A stretch of 64,000 nt of DNA, from assembly GCA_016180435.1 (NCBI GenBank), contig JACPBG010000004.1:134151-198150 (forward strand). Direction: 5' to 3'. The notes beneath the pieces were generated by a model. It saw nothing but the letters and a program-made list of their open reading frames with translations, searched no databases and was not told the DNA's origin. Origin of the DNA: Candidatus Sungiibacteriota bacterium. GTDB lineage: Bacteria; Patescibacteriota; Minisyncoccia; Sungbacterales; HO2-52-23. Made by a program: the position numbers and the translations under genes. Below, piece by piece: positions 58,738-64,000 of this stretch. Position 1 is the stretch's first letter. Each line of letters opens with the position of its first letter.

Positions 58738-59280
58738 TTAAAATTTTTCCGATTTAATGCCTAAAAAATGGCCGAGAAGATTTACTAAAGGGTGCAAGAT
58801 AGCAAAAAACAGCAGTCCGATAATATATATATCAGGATTAAAAATCATGTAGGTGGAGGTTAAAATAAATGCTCCCAATATCCAGTCTGTTTGATCAAAA
58901 AACCACCATGAATTTCGGGGCGGAATATCCATCTGTCTTTTGAAAAAACTTTTTACACAATCCCCGGCAAGCGCACCGAATCCAAGCAAGAATCCAAGCA
59001 GGATGAAATTTATAGACGCATAATCCAATAGGGCGTAAAAACCTATTTGATGTGCGAAGGTTTTTTCTAAATATACAACTGCGATCGAGGCAATTATTCC
59101 AAAGAAAAAACCCCGCACAGTTTTATGAGAACCAAATATTCTTTTCCCTCTAAAGTTTTTTCCTCCATCTGCAGGAAAATTTAAAAAATTAGTCTTTCGA
59201 ACAAAAACTGGTGTCATATTTGCAACACCCGCAGGAAGAAATAATAAAAATATTCCAACGATCTCATTCAAATAATACAT
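58738..59280 (-). CDS. CarS-like (CDP-archaeol synthase family, DUF46) membrane protein
   Basis: PADGGKNFRGKRIFGSHKTVRGFFFG resembles the CarS D-x-G...GKRI-G-x-KT-RG motif; 5 hydrophobic helices in 180 aa. Confidence 0.45.
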   Translation of the reverse strand: MYYLNEIVGIFLLFLPAGVANMTPVFVRKTNFLNFPADGGKNFRGKRIFGSHKTVRGFFFGIIASIAVVYLEKTFAHQIGFYALLDYASINFILLGFLLGFGALAGDCVKSFFKRQMDIPPRNSWWFFDQTDWILGAFILTSTYMIFNPDIYIIGLLFFAILHPLVNLLGHFLGIKSEKF

Positions 59281-59285
59281 AAATA

Positions 59286-59963
59286 TTATTTTTGACTTTT
59301 AAGTATACTAAAAATTTTTACGCCCCCCGCAACTAATGAAATCGAGGTGAACAATATAAATATAGCGGTGGTCACATTAAAAATATTTATACCACTTAAT
59401 GCCCACAGCATATAAAGCGCGTAAAACAGATATTTACTTCGAAAAACAATGCTCGGTGGAACACCTAATGAATTTTGATATAAGATAAAAACTATAAGTA
59501 GTGAGTAGGTATATACATAAGTCAATCCTAATAAGGAATCGAGCATTGAATAATGAATGACTGTGGCGACAACAATGACCATTCCGGTATGATCGTTAAG
59601 CATGTCGAGGAAGCTACCAGCACGACTTGATTTTCCTGTCGCTCTGGCAAGAGGTCCGTCAACACCATCAAGTAACACATGAGCAAAAAGAAAAATAATT
59701 GAAAACCATGGATTATCAATGAAAAAATAGAAAAAACCACCCAAACTAATAAAACTAACAAAAGTAAGCATATTAGGGCTTATGTGAAGCCAAATAAGCG
59801 GTTTAAGAAAAACCCGCAGTATTTTATCCCGCATCAATCGAAATCGCTCCTGATGTTTTTCTTCTTTCGAAGAAAAGTAATGAAAATTGCCAGTCATATA
59901 ATGATTGTAACATTTTTCCGACTTTAATGACGTTCCGCGCTGCAGAGCAGTGCGGGACGTCAT
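59286..59963 (-). CDS. CDP-alcohol phosphatidyltransferase
   Basis: DGVDGPLARATGKSSRAGSFLDMLNDH matches D-x2-DG-x2-AR-x8-G-x3-D-x3-D. Confidence 0.75.
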   Translation of the reverse strand: MTSRTALQRGTSLKSEKCYNHYMTGNFHYFSSKEEKHQERFRLMRDKILRVFLKPLIWLHISPNMLTFVSFISLGGFFYFFIDNPWFSIIFLFAHVLLDGVDGPLARATGKSSRAGSFLDMLNDHTGMVIVVATVIHYSMLDSLLGLTYVYTYSLLIVFILYQNSLGVPPSIVFRSKYLFYALYMLWALSGINIFNVTTAIFILFTSISLVAGGVKIFSILKSQK

Positions 59964-60090
59964 TAAATTTTATCAATTTTCACGCAGGATTTAAACAATT
60001 AATCAGATCCATTGGCTTATCGTGAAGCGGGTTGACGTATGAGAGTAGAATCACCTTCGCAGGCCTGTGGAAAATTTTTACCCCAAGTTT

Positions 60091-60348
60091 TTAATCGTAA
60101 ATGCTGTGATCGCCTATTGAGTGAAACCAAACAATATCTTTTTCCGTAAATTCAAAAATAATACGATATTTTTGATCCGTACTAAATGCCCAGAATTCTT
60201 TAAGGCGGCCATTTAATTTATGCGTATCAAGACGCGAGTCAAAAGGATTATTTCTAAAAATCTTCTCTTTTTCTTCCGCTAAATCTTTAATGTGCCGAGG
60301 AAGTTTCTTATATTCCCGCTCAAATTTTGAGGAATAGTAAATCTGCAT
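60091..60348 (-). CDS. RelE/ParE-family type II toxin
   Basis: 85 aa, C-terminal ...RIIFEFTEKDIVWFHSIGDH typical of RelE/YoeB fold. Confidence 0.55.
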   Translation of the reverse strand: MQIYYSSKFEREYKKLPRHIKDLAEEKEKIFRNNPFDSRLDTHKLNGRLKEFWAFSTDQKYRIIFEFTEKDIVWFHSIGDHSIYD

Positions 60349-60363
60349 AGCAGAGGCACGCTA

Positions 60364-60579
60364 CTATCTTAAATCCTTTAGCGACCTCAACATCTTTCCC
60401 CCGCCTCTCTGTAATTCTTCTCTGGATTCTTCCAGTTCCGTCGCAAATTTTCCCGCCATCCATAACCGTAAAAGCATACGAAAAAATTCACTTTTAGTGG
60501 AAAAATGTTCTTTCTTTACACTTTTCTCAACTATCCGCGCCATTTTTTCGGGTAATGAAATATTGATAATATTACGCAT
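60364..60579 (-). CDS. Ribbon-helix-helix antitoxin partner
   Basis: MRNIINISLPEKMARIVEKSVKKEHFSTKSEFFRMLLR: RHH (CopG/ParD-like) N-terminus; 15-bp gap to toxin gene. Confidence 0.5.
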   Translation of the reverse strand: MRNIINISLPEKMARIVEKSVKKEHFSTKSEFFRMLLRLWMAGKFATELEESREELQRGGGKMLRSLKDLR

Positions 60580-60799
60580 AATTGGTAAAAAGGTTAGCTG
60601 TAACAACTTATATTACAATATTATTCCTCTGAACATGGCGCTGTCAAGCTCGAGTTTTGGACAAAAAAAGCCGGAGGGGAGAATCCCGCCACCAGAATTT
60701 CGACTGTTGCTTTAGTGACCATTCGGTTCGAAATCCCTTTTTCCCGTATATAAACTTTATCTCGCCAGCTTATTCGAGGCAACCCGAAAAAGTCGAAAT

Positions 60800-60891
60800 T
60801 CGGTGCGGGACAAGTCGAACTCCCGACCTACGTTTATCCCGTTAGAGCCGCCTCGGAGATTTGAACTCCGGACCTACGTTTATCCCGTTAG
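60800..60891. repeat. Tandem duplications (~46-bp unit, ~2 copies) of the 3' half of tRNA-Thr(CGT)
   Basis: gccgcctcggagatttgaactccggacctacgtttatcccgttaga repeated, plus degenerate gtcgaactcccgacctacgtttatcccgttaga. Confidence 0.7.
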
Positions 60892-60964
<73 letters not shown>

Positions 60965-61027
60965 TCTAACGGGACGAACTTTAGATGCTTCACCAAGCTC
61001 AGCATGACTTTCTTAAACAGTAACTAA

Positions 61028-61477
61028 TTGATACAATATCATCTTTTATTCAATTTTCCAAATTATATGCATGCATATATAATAGAAGGTATGGGGTTAA
61101 CCATACTCATAAGCGAATATATCGCCTGGCATTATGGCCGGGCGCCAACCGAAATTTTAGAACTCGGAAGAAATTTTTTGTGGTTTGGTTGGAACGTGTT
61201 TTCCGTAGAATTACTTTCCAAAACCCTGTTCGCGCCCTTTTACCGGATACAAGAAGGATATAAAAATTGGACGGATTTTGAAGCGCTGGGGGAAACAATC
61301 GTAGCCAATACCGTTTCACGCGCGGTGGGATTTTTATTGCGCATTTTTATTATTGCCGCGGGATTCCTATTTGAAACGATAATCTGCATAGCGATGGTTA
61401 TGGCGCTCACGGCCTGGATTTTATTCCCGATATTTATTCCCTTTTTAATTTTTAGCGGAATATATCTTTTATTCTGA
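61028..61477 (+). CDS. Hypothetical membrane protein
   Basis: Several hydrophobic helices. Confidence 0.35.
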   Translation: MIQYHLLFNFPNYMHAYIIEGMGLTILISEYIAWHYGRAPTEILELGRNFLWFGWNVFSVELLSKTLFAPFYRIQEGYKNWTDFEALGETIVANTVSRAVGFLLRIFIIAAGFLFETIICIAMVMALTAWILFPIFIPFLIFSGIYLLF

Positions 61478-61481
61478 TAAA

Positions 61482-61664
61482 ATGAATAAATTTGAAATCT
61501 CAAAAAATAAGTTCAGCGGAGCGATTGCGTTAAACTCCTTATTTCCTTCATCGGTCCGCGCCCGTTCACTGGCCATCTGCGGCGCCGCAACTATAATTTT
61601 CCTGGCGCTAGCCGCCATACGCGCCGGGTTTGCATTTGCGGCCAAAGGATTGCCGTCCGCGGTA
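61482..61664 (+). CDS. Small 60-aa ORF with one TM helix, in the same frame as the downstream Clp ATPase and separated from it by a TAA
   Basis: MNKFEISKNKFSGAIALNSLFPSSVRARSLAICGAATIIFLALAAI...; stop TAA 61662-64. Confidence 0.25.
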
Positions 61665-61724
61665 ATTTCAAAAATTCCTGCTGCGGATTTTTTGCCGGAT
61701 TATACGTTTTTTATCGGCGCGGCC

Positions 61725-64000
61725 ATGATTTTTTCAGCCCCTCTTTTGGTTCTCCTTGCGCTGGAGGGGTTTGCCAATTCCAAAACCGGAGAAAAAGGCG
61801 GGCCGCCAGGGGCGAGCCTCGCCAAAGGCGGGCCGCCAGGGGCGAGCCTCGCCAAAGGCGGGCCGCCAGGGGCGAGCCTCGCCAAAGGCGGGGATAGCGC
61901 AGGTGCGAATACGGCATCGCGCCTTAATTTTTATGCTTCGGAATTATGGATGGCCGGTCCGGGATTTTCCCGAAATTCCGATACTGATTCGTTTTTTGAC
62001 GCGCTTCCGCAAACCGAAATCGGAAACTCATTCCTGATGCGTCTGGGCATTGTCCCCGAAATATATCAGGAATTCCGGCAAGCGCAGAAAAAACAATCGG
62101 AAGCCGTACCGCTTATCAATCTTGCTGAAGAATTAACGCCGCAAACCCAAAGCGGAAATGGCGAAGAAATTACTTTTACCGATTTGCTTTCCGCGCTTTT
62201 CGGACAAAACGGACCTAAAATTTTTTTTGATACAAGAAGCGTTCCGGCGCAGACCATACGCCGCACCGCCGAATGGCTCGAGCATGAATTCATGAAGCAG
62301 GACCGCAAACGCAGATGGTGGCTTCGAGAAAATTTGGCGCGCGTACCGGGATTTGGCAAGGACTGGGCATATGGCTCAACCCCTCTTTTGCAAAAATTCG
62401 CCTATGACTTATCGGATGAAGCCGTCCGCATGGAAGGAGCAAAACTCATAGGCAAACAGCGCGAAATCGAAATTCTGGAATCCGCGCTTCTTAAACAATC
62501 GGGCGCCAATGTAATAATTGTCGGGGAGGCGGGGGCCGGAAAATACACCACGCTTTTGGGACTCGTGCGCATGATCGCCTGGGGGCAAATTTTTCCGCAA
62601 CTTGAACATAAACGTGTTTTCAAACTGCAAGGATCGGCGCTAATAGCCTCCGGTAAAACCAAGGGGGAAATCGAAGAACTCTTGATACGCCTCATGAATG
62701 AAGCGGTAGGCGCCGGAAACATTATTCTGGCAATCGACGAATTTCCGGAATTCGTCGACTCGCTTGCCAAAACCGGCACTAATGCCGTAGAAATTTTATC
62801 GCCGTATCTTTCGGGTTCGGGCGTGCATATTATTGCGCTCGGAGATGCTTTAAGCTTTCGGCGCATCATAGAAAATAACGCGGGACTTATGAAATATTTT
62901 GCGCGGATCGACATTACGGAACCCGAGGGAGAACGGCTTTTGGAAATTCTGGAGGAGCACGTGCCAAATGTTGAATACGCCTACGGAGCACGCGCAGTAT
63001 TCACCTATCCTGCGCTTGAAAAAATCGCGCAAAGCTCCACGGAAAATCTTGTACAGGGCGCGTTGCCCAAGCGCGCGATTGATCTTATGGAAGAAGTTAT
63101 GAAAGAAGCGATTTCGCGGGGCATGTTTTATGTAACGCCGGAACTTGTAATGGAGATCATAACCCGAAAAACCGGCATACCGCTTGGTGAAGTTTCCGGA
63201 GAGGAGCAAAAAAAACTGCTGGGACTCGAAGAATTTTTAGCCAAACGCGTCATCGGACAAAATGAGGCCGTACGCGCCGTATCGGATGCCATACGCCGCG
63301 CTCGCTCCGGCATCCAAAACCCCAAACGTCCCATCGGCACATTTCTATTTTTAGGACCCACGGGCGTTGGAAAAACCGAAACCGCGAAAGCGCTCGCCGA
63401 AACATATTTCGGGAACGAAGAGAGTATGGCGCGCTTTGACATGACCGAGTATCAAAGCGAAGAGGGGTTTGAAAAATTAGTCGGATCGTTCGAAAAAAAC
63501 GAGCCCGGGCTTTTAACCAGCCGCATGCACTTCTCGCCATACGCCCTGGTGCTTTTGGATGAATTTGAAAAATGCAGTGCGGGAGTGAAAAATTTATTTT
63601 TGCAGGTGCTGGACGAAGGGTTTTTCACGGATCATCTGGGACGAAAAGTAAACATGCGAAATACCATAATAATCGCGACTTCCAACGCCGGATCCAAACT
63701 TATTTGGGAACTGGTGCAAAAAGGAACCGATCCGGCATCCGTAAAAAATGAGCTTTTTTCCTATATTCAAAAAGAGGGAATTTACAGTCCGGAACTTTTG
63801 AACCGCTTTGACGCAGTGGTCATATTCAGCCCCTTAAAACCGGAAACATTATCACAGATTGCGCGCCTTGGCCTTGAAAAACTTAGATCGCGCCTGAAAA
63901 AATCCAAGAATATAAAACTTGTAATCACCGAGCCCCTGATCAATGCGGTTGCCAGCGGAGGATATGACCCGGTATTTGGCGCCCGCCCCATGCAAAGGTT
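61725..64000 (+). CDS. Clp/Hsp100-family AAA+ ATPase (ClpA/ClpC-like, no long M-domain), 3' end beyond window; start uncertain
   Basis: D1 Walker A VIIVGEAGAGKYT, Walker B ILAIDEFPEF; D2 RVIGQNEAV...FLFLGPTGVGKTETAKALA, sensor FLNRFDAVVIFSPL; N-region carries GGPPGASLAK x3 (DNA 61793-61890); not in ORF track because no stop in window. Confidence 0.8.
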   Translation, partial: MIFSAPLLVLLALEGFANSKTGEKGGPPGASLAKGGPPGASLAKGGPPGASLAKGGDSAGANTASRLNFYASELWMAGPGFSRNSDTDSFFDALPQTEIGNSFLMRLGIVPEIYQEFRQAQKKQSEAVPLINLAEELTPQTQSGNGEEITFTDLLSALFGQNGPKIFFDTRSVPAQTIRRTAEWLEHEFMKQDRKRRWWLRENLARVPGFGKDWAYGSTPLLQKFAYDLSDEAVRMEGAKLIGKQREIEILESALLKQSGANVIIVGEAGAGKYTTLLGLVRMIAWGQIFPQLEHKRVFKLQGSALIASGKTKGEIEELLIRLMNEAVGAGNIILAIDEFPEFVDSLAKTGTNAVEILSPYLSGSGVHIIALGDALSFRRIIENNAGLMKYFARIDITEPEGERLLEILEEHVPNVEYAYGARAVFTYPALEKIAQSSTENLVQGALPKRAIDLMEEVMKEAISRGMFYVTPELVMEIITRKTGIPLGEVSGEEQKKLLGLEEFLAKRVIGQNEAVRAVSDAIRRARSGIQNPKRPIGTFLFLGPTGVGKTETAKALAETYFGNEESMARFDMTEYQSEEGFEKLVGSFEKNEPGLLTSRMHFSPYALVLLDEFEKCSAGVKNLFLQVLDEGFFTDHLGRKVNMRNTIIIATSNAGSKLIWELVQKGTDPASVKNELFSYIQKEGIYSPELLNRFDAVVIFSPLKPETLSQIARLGLEKLRSRLKKSKNIKLVITEPLINAVASGGYDPVFGARPMQR

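Noticed and set aside
61756-62037. Plus-strand ORF translating KAGRQGRASP x3
   Set aside because: It is the +1 frame of the GGPPGASLAK tandem repeat that belongs to the Clp gene frame. The repeat keeps all frames open.
62066-63540. Minus-strand ORFs (97-170 aa) tiling 62.0-63.5 kb
   Set aside because: They lie antisense to an unambiguous Clp/Hsp100 AAA+ reading frame (Walker A/B, sensor motifs) on the plus strand. They are GC-skewed and Arg/Ser/Pro-rich low-complexity translations typical of antisense frames.

Overview
This 64-kb chromosomal window is gene-dense and compositionally patchy. Core genes (gyrA, guaB, rpsA-like, prfB, ftsEX, clp ATPase, truD) are GC-rich, whereas several accessory blocks are markedly AT-rich; all GC estimates here are by eye only, nothing was computed. 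Taken together the features suggest a Candidate Phyla Radiation / Patescibacteria-like bacterium: a tandem array of VirB2/TrbC-type small pilin paralogs, compact tRNAs, an archaeal-type CarS-like lipid gene next to a CDP-alcohol phosphatidyltransferase, and many orphan hypothetical membrane proteins. UGA is a true stop codon, because prfB carries the classic CUU-UGA-C +1 frameshift site.

Main contents:
1. 0-14.4 kb: a low-GC cell-envelope glycopolymer locus with a cytidylyltransferase, a TagF-GT2 fusion, a ThDP-dependent enzyme, three PaaK/CapK-like adenylate-forming paralogs, two paralogous GT-like membrane proteins and a methyltransferase.
2. 22.7-31 kb: a cluster of very large charged, tail-anchored or multi-TM proteins, two with LysM domains, plus an OmpA-like lipoprotein.
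3. 38.7-42.2 kb: a six-gene array of VirB2/TrbC-like pilins, one fused to a roughly 37-residue polyglycine linker and a Cys-rich domain, interleaved with MITE-like palindromic repeats.
4. 43.2-44.3 kb: a tRNA island holding Leu-TAG, a disrupted Leu duplicate, Thr-GGT, an unlisted rpmG and Trp-CCA.
5. 50.1-53.9 kb: a 1265-aa orphan protein with N-terminal tandem Myb/SANT-like repeats, flanked by a 0.5-kb non-coding leader and a tRNA-Gln-like gene with tRNA-fragment repeats.
6. 57.9-60.6 kb: an AT-rich islet (EEP nuclease, CarS-like, CDP-alcohol phosphatidyltransferase, RelE/RHH TA pair) ending at a tRNA-Thr(CGT) with tandem duplications of its 3' half.

Two families of roughly 100-120 bp palindromic intergenic repeats occur 3 and 4 times. 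There is no CRISPR array, rRNA or recognisable transposase. The most promising novel candidates are the 1265-aa Myb-repeat protein locus, the pilin/polyglycine array, and the triple PaaK-like envelope locus.
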